Origin: a virus
Lineage: Duplodnaviria > Caudoviricetes
DNA length: 64,000 nucleotides
Virus record (IMG/VR): IMGVR_UViG_3300044475_000035
Span: 19,189 to 83,188 of that record
Strand: one strand, 5' to 3'
Shown here: piece after piece, positions 10,203 to 20,211 of the stretch
Layout of the letters: each line of letters starts with the position of its first letter
Position numbering within the stretch: position 1 is the stretch's first letter
Made by a program: the position numbers and the translations under genes
Notes under the pieces: generated by a model
Databases searched by the model: none
Told to the model about the DNA's origin: nothing
What the model saw: only the letters and a program-made list of their open reading frames with translations

Positions 10203-11657
10203 TTACCCTGCATTATCTAAGTTGTTATCGTTGTCGTTAGAGTTAGTTGCTGCCTTTCTTGAACCTTCTAACGGGTTATCTAACTCTTGTCCACTCTTAC
10301 TTGTACTTTCAGGTAGAACATCATCAAGGTTTGTACCTTCGGGTAATGAGTCTAATCCGATTAAGTTAAGAACACGATCTACAACTTCTTTAGTTCTTGG
10401 TAGTAAGCCTACACTAGCCGTTCTTTGGATAAATTTTGAGACTTCTTCGATTGAGACAGACTCTAAATCATCAATATCCAAATAAGGCAATCTAGTTAAA
10501 TCCCAACCATTCAATCGACCTAACATTGGAATCAAATGCTTGTTAATTACATTACAGATTTCTTTTAATTTAGATTCAATAGCAATAGCAGATAAAGTAC
10601 CTTTGATATTACCTAAAGCATAACTACCTGTACTACCCTGTCCCATTATGAGAATATCTGCACTCAATGCCGTGAGGATAGAGTTTACATAGTATTGTTT
10701 AATACTTGATGTATCATAAGCTTTACCACCTTCATTCTTTAACAACTCAAACTTGTACAATGGTTGTTTAGTTTCAGGGTCAATCTTTTGTGGTAATACT
10801 AAACCTGCTTGTTGGTTTTGATGAATATTCCTTACGATGTTCTTCCACAACTCATACTGCGCTTTTGTAACTGCATCAGCATCAGAAGCCATAACTTCGG
10901 GTGGAATCCAAGCAATAGGTACTCCACTTAAATCTTTCGACAAACCTGTTGATTCCAGTTCTTCACAAGCTGTCTTGTATTTCCAAGAGAAGTAACAAGC
11001 GTTTAAAGGAGAATCACCAATAGGAGAATCTTTCTTCTTACCCAACCTAAACAATAAGAACTTATTTCTAGGGATTTTGATTTCAGTACCTTTAGCTGAT
11101 ACTAGTACTTGTCCTCGTTTACCTGTTACAGCAATAGATTGTGTTACACTCTCTAAGTTCTGATCATCATCGTAATTCCACTTAGCAATAGTATCTTGTG
11201 ATCTAATTGGTAACTTACGGATACCAATCTTACCATCATTATACAAACTGCCTTTAGAGTATAATCTCTTACGAAGTACAATCTCGTTTACACAGAAGCC
11301 GTATGTATTCATACTACTTACTTCTTGGATAAAGTCTTGCCAACTATGTTCCATATCATCTGTGCATTGTTGAGCAAACTCGGCATAACCTTTCTGTTCT
11401 TCATTAGCTAATGGATGAGGTTTAAACTGAAACTTAGACTTTAACATCATGTGTTCATAGTAGTTTAAAGCAGAAGCAATAGCACTATCATAAGACATTT
11501 GTTTATAAGTGATTACACTGTATGGGAACTGCAATTCTCGTTTTAACGACTCATAGATTTGCCCACTAGCTACACTAAGTCCTGTATAACCAATTTCACT
11601 CATTGCTATCTTTTGGGTTTCTTTTGATGCTTTTTCTACATCTACTTTTTCATTCAT
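10203..11657 (-). CDS. Portal protein
   Basis: 484 aa with EIGYTGL N-terminus, YGFCVNEIV, P.G.SPL and GSYAL motifs; follows TerL. Confidence 0.88.
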   Translation of the reverse strand: MNEKVDVEKASKETQKIAMSEIGYTGLSVASGQIYESLKRELQFPYSVITYKQMSYDSAIASALNYYEHMMLKSKFQFKPHPLANEEQKGYAEFAQQCTDDMEHSWQDFIQEVSSMNTYGFCVNEIVLRKRLYSKGSLYNDGKIGIRKLPIRSQDTIAKWNYDDDQNLESVTQSIAVTGKRGQVLVSAKGTEIKIPRNKFLLFRLGKKKDSPIGDSPLNACYFSWKYKTACEELESTGLSKDLSGVPIAWIPPEVMASDADAVTKAQYELWKNIVRNIHQNQQAGLVLPQKIDPETKQPLYKFELLKNEGGKAYDTSSIKQYYVNSILTALSADILIMGQGSTGSYALGNIKGTLSAIAIESKLKEICNVINKHLIPMLGRLNGWDLTRLPYLDIDDLESVSIEEVSKFIQRTASVGLLPRTKEVVDRVLNLIGLDSLPEGTNLDDVLPESTSKSGQELDNPLEGSRKAATNSNDNDNNLDNAG

Positions 11658-11697
11658 ATTCTTCCTCTAACGATTGTTGATGTAGCTGCGTATTCAT

Positions 11698-13149
11698 TTA
11701 AAACTCCCTACTAAATGGATTCTCTTGTGTAAATGAAGTAATGTCTATTTGTGGTAATGCTAACTGTTTGTTTATTAAGTAGAAATTGTCCGATGTGGCA
11801 TCGACCATATCATCATGTCCTTTCCTACCACCATCAAACTGCTCTAATTCATTGAGATAAGCTTCACACCACAACTCATCAGCAGGACGACCATCATCTG
11901 TTACATACTTTACATAACCTGCTTCTGCCATAGCTGCAAATGGACCAAACCGTAATACTTTATTTAACTTAGGTTTGATTAATCTTACTGTAAAACCTCT
12001 TTCAGCTAACTTTGCTTGCAGGGTTCTTGCATAACTGTTACCACCTGCTCCTGCATCTAAAGGCAATGAGATTATAACATCATACCCATCTGCTTCTGCT
12101 GTTTGTAATACCATTTCTTCAACACCTAGAAACTTCTTACGAAACCTCACAACATCTTCAATAGTAATTACCTTATCTTTATCTCTTGATAACAATACAC
12201 CTGCTGTATAGTCAGGGTCTTTATATGTTTCACTAGGTTCTGATGCAGCTAAATCCCAAGACCTTACTCTGTGTGTAGCTTTAGGGTTAGGGTGTGTTAC
12301 TCTAGTCAACCATTCACGTTTAAAGTAACCTGCTGATTCTTCTCGTGCTGTCCAACTACCGTACAACAAACGATCTTGCTCTACACGAGAGAGTTCTTTT
12401 AGTTTACCGATATAAGCTTTAGAGATAAATGGATTGTCATACACTGTACTTCCGATAACGCACATTGAAGTAATACCACTATCTTCTTCTTTACCGTATA
12501 CCTTTTCTGCTTCTTCTCTTGTGTTATACCAATCTAAACTGCCATCACGTTGCTTAACAAAGTATCTAACCATTCCTCTCTTACTCGGGTCAGGGATACC
12601 TGTTTCAGGGTCTAACCACCACCATATTTGATTCTTTAAGAAACTATCACAGTGAGGGTTTGTTGCCATTACCATACAAGCTTTATGATCATTCTCAGCT
12701 AAAGCATTACGGTTACGAGAACGAAGATATGTAATCATTTCTTCTGTAAATTCTGTTGCTTCATCAAAGGCAATATAGTCTGCTTGTAGACCCTTAAACT
12801 TCTCTTTAGCTGCTTCATTCTCATAATGACTAAACTGCAAAGACGCTCCGCTAGGAAACGTAATCTTCATGTGTTTAATACTGATCTTTAGTTTGTTGCC
12901 ATATACCTTACGGTATAAAGATTGAGCTTCTTCCCATAAACCACCTTGAGATGATAACTGAGTTGAGGTTCTTCGGAAGATAACGCCTCGTGAATAAGGG
13001 CAGTTTACATACCTAAACCATCTCAGTAAGATTGAATATGATTTACTACTCCCTGCACTTCCACTAGCGATAGTAATATCTGCATCTGAGTTAATGAATA
13101 ACTCTTGTGGAATACTTGCAGGAGCGATTACTACTTGTTCTTGCATCAT
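11698..13149 (-). CDS. Terminase large subunit
   Basis: Walker A-like GSAGSSKS, Walker B IAFDEA, coupling motif ATNP, nuclease motifs WDLA and HDDMVDA. Confidence 0.93.
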   Translation of the reverse strand: MMQEQVVIAPASIPQELFINSDADITIASGSAGSSKSYSILLRWFRYVNCPYSRGVIFRRTSTQLSSQGGLWEEAQSLYRKVYGNKLKISIKHMKITFPSGASLQFSHYENEAAKEKFKGLQADYIAFDEATEFTEEMITYLRSRNRNALAENDHKACMVMATNPHCDSFLKNQIWWWLDPETGIPDPSKRGMVRYFVKQRDGSLDWYNTREEAEKVYGKEEDSGITSMCVIGSTVYDNPFISKAYIGKLKELSRVEQDRLLYGSWTAREESAGYFKREWLTRVTHPNPKATHRVRSWDLAASEPSETYKDPDYTAGVLLSRDKDKVITIEDVVRFRKKFLGVEEMVLQTAEADGYDVIISLPLDAGAGGNSYARTLQAKLAERGFTVRLIKPKLNKVLRFGPFAAMAEAGYVKYVTDDGRPADELWCEAYLNELEQFDGGRKGHDDMVDATSDNFYLINKQLALPQIDITSFTQENPFSREF

Positions 13150-13167
13150 CTTCCTTTATTATTTAGT

Positions 13168-13521
13168 TTAACCTTGTTTTTCTAATACTTTAAATGAAAT
13201 GATAGGAGCATTAGTCTTTTCTTCATTATCTTGTTCTTCTGAACTGTTAGATTCTTTACCATAAGCTTCATTTAGTAACTTAGGGTATTCAGCAAGGATT
13301 AAAGCTGTTGCTCGTAACTTCCCTTGTTCTGATGCACCTTCGCTATCCAATACTTTCTCTGCATTAGCTAGAGCTTTAGCAACTAAAGGTTTATACCTAC
13401 GAAGTAGTTGCTTTAACTCTTTCTCTCTTACTTCACTTCCTGTAAGAGACTTGGGATTAACCAAGTCCTTAGCATTTGGTCTTCCGTGAGGGTTTCCACT
13501 TTTTCCTTTTTCAAAAGGCAT
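13168..13521 (-). CDS. Probable terminase small subunit
   Basis: N-terminal FEKGKSGNPHGRP (DUF5681-type) motif; immediately upstream of TerL. Confidence 0.7.
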   Translation of the reverse strand: MPFEKGKSGNPHGRPNAKDLVNPKSLTGSEVREKELKQLLRRYKPLVAKALANAEKVLDSEGASEQGKLRATALILAEYPKLLNEAYGKESNSSEEQDNEEKTNAPIISFKVLEKQG

Positions 13522-13530
13522 AATTAACTC

Positions 13531-16407
13531 CTATGTTAATTTGATAGTTACTGTTGCGTAGTTATTCACAACAGAACATAAAAGTCCACCGTCACTCACC
13601 ATTTCACTGTGTAGTGTAAAGTTTGCGTGAGTATCAATCAAAGTAGCAGATTTACCTGCAAAATCTTGTGGTAGTGGTAGTTTTAACATTGAAACGTTCT
13701 GATGAATATCTAGCACTACCTTGACACTATCACCATCAGCATACCACGTATATACAGTAGCTTCGGGAAGAACACTAGAACTATAAACAGACCTATAGGC
13801 AACAGCATTTACAACAGTACCACTTGGGATTAAACCACTTGGATATAAGTTAGAGGTTATAGCTTTAGGGTACATTTTTTTAGTACCACCGTTAAAGAAA
13901 CCTGCATCATTAACGTTCTGACGTAAACTTGGTTTAGTGATTCCTCTTTCTAATGAATACCCTACAACATGACCAAATTCTTTAACACTACCATTTTTAA
14001 CGATGTGAGCTAAACGATCAGGTGGGTTGGTAGCACTTGTCCAATTTGCTTTAAGTAAGTAGATAATATCTGTTACAGAAGTAACATCAGTAACATTACT
14101 TAAATTGTAAGTATTTGAACCTACTGTTACTGTATTCATTCTTGGAACATAGTAAAGTAGAGACTTACCTGAATAATTTAAAGCACCTGCTTGTGTAATA
14201 CCTGAGAAGGTAAAATTAAGTGCAGATTTGGTTTGTAATTGAGTATTAACAGTACAACTTCCGTTGAGACTATAACGATAAACTGTACTAACTCGTACAT
14301 CAGATGAAATGTTTGTGTTACTTAAATTTTGTTCGGTAGGTGTTCCTACGTTTGCTTGTAAGTACGTCAATGTAGCAGGTACACTCATAATATCGTAATT
14401 ATCAACAAACTCTACAAACTTAACATCGTATACACCATTTTCTGTTAGCTCTATAAAACTGTCTGCAATAATCTTTTTACTGTGATTATTCACAGAAGGA
14501 TAGAATTGCGTCAAAGATGAAGCTGTTGGTGTAATCGCTGATGTATTAGTTGCACCTGTGCTATGCGTAAGAGTTAAACCATTTAAAGATGTTGTAACGA
14601 ACTGCCAATATGTTGAACCTGTATTTTGACTTACTAACCAAAGCTTGTTAACATCAACAACCCTTACAATAGTCCAAGTATTTGCACCTTGCGTCCATTG
14701 TGACCCTACATCAACAAAAGTCTTACCGTGAGCTGTCATTGTGATTTCTTGTACAATTAAAGCTCCGTGATTCGCACCGATATATGTACCATTATAATAC
14801 AATGGTGCTGCATCATCACCCAAAGCAGCTAGAGATGTACCTGTTGCAAAAGCAATAACAGTTCCGTCCCTAGAAGTACTTGATGGTATGGTTCTAACGT
14901 TTTGAGGGTTTATTGCGTTATTCACCCAAAGACTGTTTGCTCCATATCTAATCTGTTGTACCAAATCTAAAGAGCTAGTGAATTTAGTTCTGATGTACGC
15001 ATCTATTCCACTGATTGTTACTGTGAAAATATCTCCTGAAACAGTAGCTTCTTGTGAAGATGTTGTTGGGAGTGAAGAAGGTTTTAATACTAGATAAGTG
15101 CTTGAACCTGTGTATGGTGTAAAAGCTGTTCTTACAGAACCAATCTCTAACTTAGTATTATTAACAAGATTATCAAAATCATCAGTTGTATGCGTTATAT
15201 AGGTCGTCATCATTGCTATTTTAGCAATACTTGAACCTACAGGGATTGTAAACTTAACAGTCCTATCAGCATCAGAATAAGCAATACCTGTCGGAGGGTT
15301 TGGATTAACTAACTCACCTGCGGATGGAATAGAGTGATCTACACCAAGATACACACCATTCGAATCGTATGTGTAAATTGCTCTAGTGAATGTAAACCCT
15401 TGATCTAAAGGTAATGCAAAGATGTACGTGTTACCTGCCGTAACATTATGCTTACCAAGAGAAATACCGTTTGCAAATGAAGATGTGTTACCTGTTGCGT
15501 AACTAATAATAACACCGTTTGTAGCTAATGTTGGGTTATATAAGTTATTTGTTACGTTCTCTGTAAAGGCAGAATTTAACACATCTACGGCTGCATTAGT
15601 CAAGTCTATTTCATTTCCAAAATCTGTCACAGGGGTAATAAAATCAGTAGATGTACCATCTGCAATAAACGGATTATAAACGTACATCTCTCTAGTGCTA
15701 GTTGTTTGCATATTTATAATCAAACGAATTTTTACAGCACCAACCGTTACAGACCCTACGTTTACTTTAAATGTTTGTTTCTGCACTGCTGCTGATGCGC
15801 TTGTAATAGCATAAGTAGAACTAATAATAGTGTTACTACTATTAAGTTGTTGGATACCAATGTAACCGTTACTCCCTGCTGTTAAATCCTCTACAGTAAT
15901 CGCTGCTGAAAAGTCACGAGTAAATAGGCTAGCATCAAAATCCCAATAAGTGATAATTGAACCACCTGTAGATGCACTTACTAGCTTCATCTGTTTAATG
16001 TTGTTTCGATAAACAAATGTTCTTGTACCTGTTGTTGATGTAGGTAGTGCGTTAAACAACACTTGATCTAATGTAAGCTTGTTAGGGTTTTGAGTTCTAT
16101 TAAATTCTAAGTTATTTGTGTACGTTTGAGCTTGTGTTAAAGGGTCATAGTTTGATTTAGTTAATACTGTACCGTTCCATAAATACAAACCATTGTTTGT
16201 TGAGGTACTATCGTTTGTAACCTCTACTACAGTGTTAGCAGGGAGTGTAGAAGTTGCTGCTGTAGCTAAAGCTAATGTAGCGTAACCTTTATGTCCACCT
16301 GCAATAGCACCAACCATACTATCTACATATGTAATATCTGCTTTCTTTTGTATTGCACTTGCGTTATCGTATAAACCTAGTGTTGTCGTACCACCACTTG
16401 TAATCAT
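13531..16407 (-). CDS. Large virion fibre/spike-like protein
   Basis: 958 aa, Thr/Ser/Asn-rich and beta-type. The N-terminal segment NNGLYLWNGTVLTKSNYDPLTQA resembles Acinetobacter phage fibre N-termini (from recall). Confidence 0.6.
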   Translation of the reverse strand: MITSGGTTTLGLYDNASAIQKKADITYVDSMVGAIAGGHKGYATLALATAATSTLPANTVVEVTNDSTSTNNGLYLWNGTVLTKSNYDPLTQAQTYTNNLEFNRTQNPNKLTLDQVLFNALPTSTTGTRTFVYRNNIKQMKLVSASTGGSIITYWDFDASLFTRDFSAAITVEDLTAGSNGYIGIQQLNSSNTIISSTYAITSASAAVQKQTFKVNVGSVTVGAVKIRLIINMQTTSTREMYVYNPFIADGTSTDFITPVTDFGNEIDLTNAAVDVLNSAFTENVTNNLYNPTLATNGVIISYATGNTSSFANGISLGKHNVTAGNTYIFALPLDQGFTFTRAIYTYDSNGVYLGVDHSIPSAGELVNPNPPTGIAYSDADRTVKFTIPVGSSIAKIAMMTTYITHTTDDFDNLVNNTKLEIGSVRTAFTPYTGSSTYLVLKPSSLPTTSSQEATVSGDIFTVTISGIDAYIRTKFTSSLDLVQQIRYGANSLWVNNAINPQNVRTIPSSTSRDGTVIAFATGTSLAALGDDAAPLYYNGTYIGANHGALIVQEITMTAHGKTFVDVGSQWTQGANTWTIVRVVDVNKLWLVSQNTGSTYWQFVTTSLNGLTLTHSTGATNTSAITPTASSLTQFYPSVNNHSKKIIADSFIELTENGVYDVKFVEFVDNYDIMSVPATLTYLQANVGTPTEQNLSNTNISSDVRVSTVYRYSLNGSCTVNTQLQTKSALNFTFSGITQAGALNYSGKSLLYYVPRMNTVTVGSNTYNLSNVTDVTSVTDIIYLLKANWTSATNPPDRLAHIVKNGSVKEFGHVVGYSLERGITKPSLRQNVNDAGFFNGGTKKMYPKAITSNLYPSGLIPSGTVVNAVAYRSVYSSSVLPEATVYTWYADGDSVKVVLDIHQNVSMLKLPLPQDFAGKSATLIDTHANFTLHSEMVSDGGLLCSVVNNYATVTIKLT

Positions 16408-16421
16408 TTATTCTAACTCCT

Positions 16422-16679
16422 TTAAAGTGGTTGTTCTGAGATCAACACGGTAATTGTTATATTGTCTGTTGTTGGTGTCCATGCCCAAATTGGGAATCCT
16501 GCTGTTACATTTAAGTCATTTCTTAAAATTGTACAATAAGGGGTTTCTTCAATGTTAGGGGGAGTGGTTGAAACTGTATATCGTGTACCTTTACCAATAG
16601 TCTCTTGGACGTATGCTGATCTAGTACCATCTAATATTTGAACAGGGGTTTCTGTAAGGACGAATGTTGTAGCAGGCAT
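16422..16679 (-). CDS. Small putative virion protein
   Basis: 85-aa ORF with AGGA RBS inside the structural operon. Confidence 0.55.
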   Translation of the reverse strand: MPATTFVLTETPVQILDGTRSAYVQETIGKGTRYTVSTTPPNIEETPYCTILRNDLNVTAGFPIWAWTPTTDNITITVLISEQPL

Positions 16680-16788
16680 GTCTTATCCTATTTCAATAGT
16701 TTTCCTATTTGTGGAAATCTTTAAATGTTTAATTGTTTTAATAAGAGCAATTCCTTATGCTCTTAAATATTTTTTATAACGACTGAGA

Positions 16789-18198
16789 CTATTCCCAAGT
16801 TGCATTGATTGAAACAACACCACGAATAATTTGAGAAGCTGTTGCCGTCCCAACTGGTATCTTTAAAATTATATGCAAATAGTTTCCTGCGTTTACAGAT
16901 AAAGGTTGCCTAAAATCAACACGTAAATCAGGAACACTGCCTCCAACCGCTAAACCGACAGGAAGTGATTGACAACCCAATGGTACACGTCTTGGAGCTT
17001 TAGTTGACGCTGAGTCTGCTGTTGCTAAAGATACTGCTGTACCATCATAAGCAATACCCCACTGTAGTAATGTAGGGGTTGTCGCTACTGCTGCGCCCAT
17101 ATTAAATGTACCGATGTTAACGCCATGTACAACCAAAGTTCTACCTTGATTTGTTGCGGTTTGAGTAGGTACTTGGAATGCAAATAAAGCACAATCTGTT
17201 TCTGAACCTGATACTGCTGTAAATTGGAACTGTCCACCAAGACTAGTGTAACCTGCTGCTGTGTTAGATAATGTAGCTGATACAGGTGCAGCAGAGTTTG
17301 CCCAGTTAGCAAGAGACCCTGTTCCTGCTCCTACGACACCTTGAGAACCGATATCTCCACCTAGAGCAGCTAGGAATTGTCTGTCGTAACCATAAGTTCC
17401 ACCGTACAAAGCACCTACACAACGATGCAAGTAAACTTGTTGTGCTGTAGCTGTTGCAGAGGCGTTATATAATCTTGCACAAAATGGAGATGATTCTGAG
17501 GTAACAGGGCTAGGTGCTGTAATTCCTAGTGGAATACTTCCAACAACAACATCGTCAATCTGAAATACAATAGCTTTCCCCATAATCCAAATTACATAGT
17601 CGTGTGCTGCGTTTAAACTTGGAGTAGGGATAACACTTGTAGTTGACTCTGTACCCGTTACGGAAACAGATACACCTCTTAAAGTTCCATCTGAACCGTA
17701 CCTAAAGAAAGACCCTGATGTTGGGGAGGTTACTCCTGTAGCAACGAATGCTCCAATCTCTGTTACTGCTCCTGCTACAAGGTTAGGTAGCATCATACGC
17801 CAAGCGATTATTCTATCCGAACCTCTTGGAGTCTTAGCTTGTCGGTAAGATACTAAACGAGCTACTGCTGCTGATGCTACGGAGTTACCTGAGTTTAATG
17901 TAATAGAGTTATTTGCTACCCCAACTGTCATCGTCCCTAGAACTTGAGACCAAATAGAAGGTGAAATAGCGGAAGCACTAAAACCTTGTTCAAAGTCTAC
18001 TTGAACTGCTCCTGTTCCTAACAAACCTTGTGAGCTAGCTCCTACGGGAATTCGTACATTCCCTGCATCATCTGCAAATCCTGCAATCCCTACATAACCT
18101 GCCTGTTCTTTTACGGAAGGTAGTGCTACTTTTAAATTAAAATTACTATCTACGTTAGCAACACCAGTTGAACTATCACCAGTTTCAATTAAAGCCAT
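16789..18198 (-). CDS. Putative virion structural protein (beta-rich)
   Basis: 469 aa, Ala/Gly/Ser/Thr-rich, GAGGA RBS. Confidence 0.55.
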   Translation of the reverse strand: MALIETGDSSTGVANVDSNFNLKVALPSVKEQAGYVGIAGFADDAGNVRIPVGASSQGLLGTGAVQVDFEQGFSASAISPSIWSQVLGTMTVGVANNSITLNSGNSVASAAVARLVSYRQAKTPRGSDRIIAWRMMLPNLVAGAVTEIGAFVATGVTSPTSGSFFRYGSDGTLRGVSVSVTGTESTTSVIPTPSLNAAHDYVIWIMGKAIVFQIDDVVVGSIPLGITAPSPVTSESSPFCARLYNASATATAQQVYLHRCVGALYGGTYGYDRQFLAALGGDIGSQGVVGAGTGSLANWANSAAPVSATLSNTAAGYTSLGGQFQFTAVSGSETDCALFAFQVPTQTATNQGRTLVVHGVNIGTFNMGAAVATTPTLLQWGIAYDGTAVSLATADSASTKAPRRVPLGCQSLPVGLAVGGSVPDLRVDFRQPLSVNAGNYLHIILKIPVGTATASQIIRGVVSINATWE

Positions 18199-18211
18199 GT
18201 CAATCCTCTAT

Positions 18212-18619
18212 TTAATTAATAACGTACAGTATTCTACGATTGCCTTTTACTTTTCCTGTAAAAATACAATACACTGTACATGAACCGTTGTTAGTTTTTA
18301 CTGCAAATTGTGCTGTATCCCATTCCCAGTCATCTGTTCCTCGATTTGTTGCAGGAGTTCCATCAGGATAAACTACAACTTTAGATGTAGCTAGAATCTT
18401 AGAATCTGTGATGGTGAATTTAAATTCTTTTCTTGGTTTATTACCTAGATCAACTTCATAAGGGATTAGATTAAAACCTACAGTTGTTATCGTATCATCA
18501 GTGTGTTTAGTGTAAAGCTTACCATCAGCCGTATTAACAGCTAATTCACCAACTTCTATCTGACTAGTATTTGGGATAACTCCAAATGTACTGCTCTTTT
18601 TTGTAATTAACGTAGCCAT
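18212..18619 (-). CDS. Putative fibre/decoration protein
   Basis: KKSS..G.IP....GELAVNTADGKLY is a fibre-type N-terminal motif. Confidence 0.55.
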   Translation of the reverse strand: MATLITKKSSTFGVIPNTSQIEVGELAVNTADGKLYTKHTDDTITTVGFNLIPYEVDLGNKPRKEFKFTITDSKILATSKVVVYPDGTPATNRGTDDWEWDTAQFAVKTNNGSCTVYCIFTGKVKGNRRILYVIN

Positions 18620-18626
18620 ATATTAA

Positions 18627-19079
18627 CTAGAATACCCCACCATCTACTGTACCAACAGCTAGGGTGACGAAACCGTTTCCTGCATCCTTAGACCACTGCA
18701 TACTAGAGTTCATTCTTAGCACACCATCAGTTCCATCTGTTCCCCAAATATAACCTGATGTAGCACCTGCAACAACAGCAACTTTCTCGTCTGTACTTGC
18801 AGTAGGAATATTTAGTGCTGTTTTAAAACTATCAAAAGTAATTTTCTTTTCTTTTTGACCAGTTGCAGAAGCATCATGAATAATTAGTAAATCAGAAGAC
18901 CCATCTACAGATGCTAATGTTGTTAAATCGTCAATTGCAGGGACAACAGGAATTTTAGTTGTAGCGTCTGTTGCAACGTGTAATGTTCCCCGATCTGTGG
19001 TTACATGAGCTTCACCTGCGAGCATACCCGATGTTGGTAAATTTGCCTTTAAACCTCTGCGTAATTGAATACGTGCCAT
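18627..19079 (-). CDS. Putative fibre protein
   Basis: IQLRRG...LP...L.GE...TTD N-terminal motif; ends in DGGVF. Confidence 0.55.
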   Translation of the reverse strand: MARIQLRRGLKANLPTSGMLAGEAHVTTDRGTLHVATDATTKIPVVPAIDDLTTLASVDGSSDLLIIHDASATGQKEKKITFDSFKTALNIPTASTDEKVAVVAGATSGYIWGTDGTDGVLRMNSSMQWSKDAGNGFVTLAVGTVDGGVF

Positions 19080-19088
19080 ATTTATTCC

Positions 19089-19334
19089 TTAGTTAAAAGT
19101 GCCCCCATCAACGGGGGTAGTAATTGAGTCATCAGTGATATTCTCAGCAACCCATTCACCTGATTGAAAAGTTAGTACTTGACCATCTTGAGCAAAGGAA
19201 GTATTTACATCAGATAAAGACCCTAATGAATTAGTGTTTGTGTTTGGAGGAATCACGATATTTGTATCTGCATCTACTACAGAAATTACTACAGATGGTA
19301 AACTTTCTTCAATAACTACGATCAAGTCTTCCAT
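19089..19334 (-). CDS. Small putative fibre protein
   Basis: L.SLSDV...DGQVLTF..GEW fibre repeat motif; ends in DGGTFN. Confidence 0.5.
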   Translation of the reverse strand: MEDLIVVIEESLPSVVISVVDADTNIVIPPNTNTNSLGSLSDVNTSFAQDGQVLTFQSGEWVAENITDDSITTPVDGGTFN

Positions 19335-19675
19335 TCAGTTACTCCCATACTGATTTTAATACTACCTTCTAATGCTTTAAAGGTTTTTTCTTCTTTAATA
19401 AGAATCAAGTCATATACAGACTTTGTGTAATATAATAAATCTGTGTCGTCACTACTTAAAATGATGGTTATAGCCCCAGTAGGAATATCTATGTGCAGTT
19501 TTAAATTTGTTGTACTTAGATCAAGAAGAAGTTCTTTTGAACCCTTATAAGGTTTGATTTGCATTCTAGCAGAATACCCTGTCAAATCTTTTACAGAGTT
19601 GTCTGAGTTCTTCAAAAGAATCATTTTCTGAAAAGGTATGCTTTTTTCAATTGAGAAATTATAAACGGCAGCCAT
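19322..19675 (-). CDS. Putative virion adaptor protein (BppU-N-like)
   Basis: DLTGYSARMQIK...G.ITI.LS...YDL...LEG pattern. Confidence 0.55.
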   Translation of the reverse strand: MAAVYNFSIEKSIPFQKMILLKNSDNSVKDLTGYSARMQIKPYKGSKELLLDLSTTNLKLHIDIPTGAITIILSSDDTDLLYYTKSVYDLILIKEEKTFKALEGSIKISMGVTEWKT

Positions 19676-19949
19676 GTATTATCCTTTATCGTAATAGACA
19701 CATCAATAGCCACGCTAACCTGCCTTGATGCTGAGAACACATAAGCTGTTCCCCTCTCCACAACTATCGAACTTATTTGCTAAGTTCTTTATTTATTGTT
19801 GTTATGCTCATTATTCAATGAGTCTTCTTGTTGCAAACTGAATTGTCAATTAAGATTAATGAGTATTGTATCTAGTTGTCATACTCACTTACGGATACAC
19901 AGAGTTTATTTATCTCTAGCCTAGATTGGTAACAATAATTGACAAAACT

Positions 19950-20171
19950 TTAATAAATTGGATTCTTCTGAGGGGTTACACAACCAAAATACATTTGTTG
20001 TTCTACAATCCCTTCAAACTTATAGTTCTTAGAATATTCAGCATCACGTAATATTTTATTTACTTCGTTTCTACAGATATTGCAGAATGTCTCTTCAATC
20101 GTCGTTCCGTCTTCTAATTTACGTTTACCTGTTGTTCTTGACAAGATTCTATCACAGCACTGACAACGCAC
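19950..20171 (-). CDS. Small zinc-ribbon protein
   Basis: CxCC...CxxC; GAGGTG RBS. Confidence 0.6.
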   Translation of the reverse strand: MRCQCCDRILSRTTGKRKLEDGTTIEETFCNICRNEVNKILRDAEYSKNYKFEGIVEQQMYFGCVTPQKNPIY

Positions 20172-20211
20172 ATAACACCTCTTAATTATATTTGTTTATT
20201 AATTCTAAATC

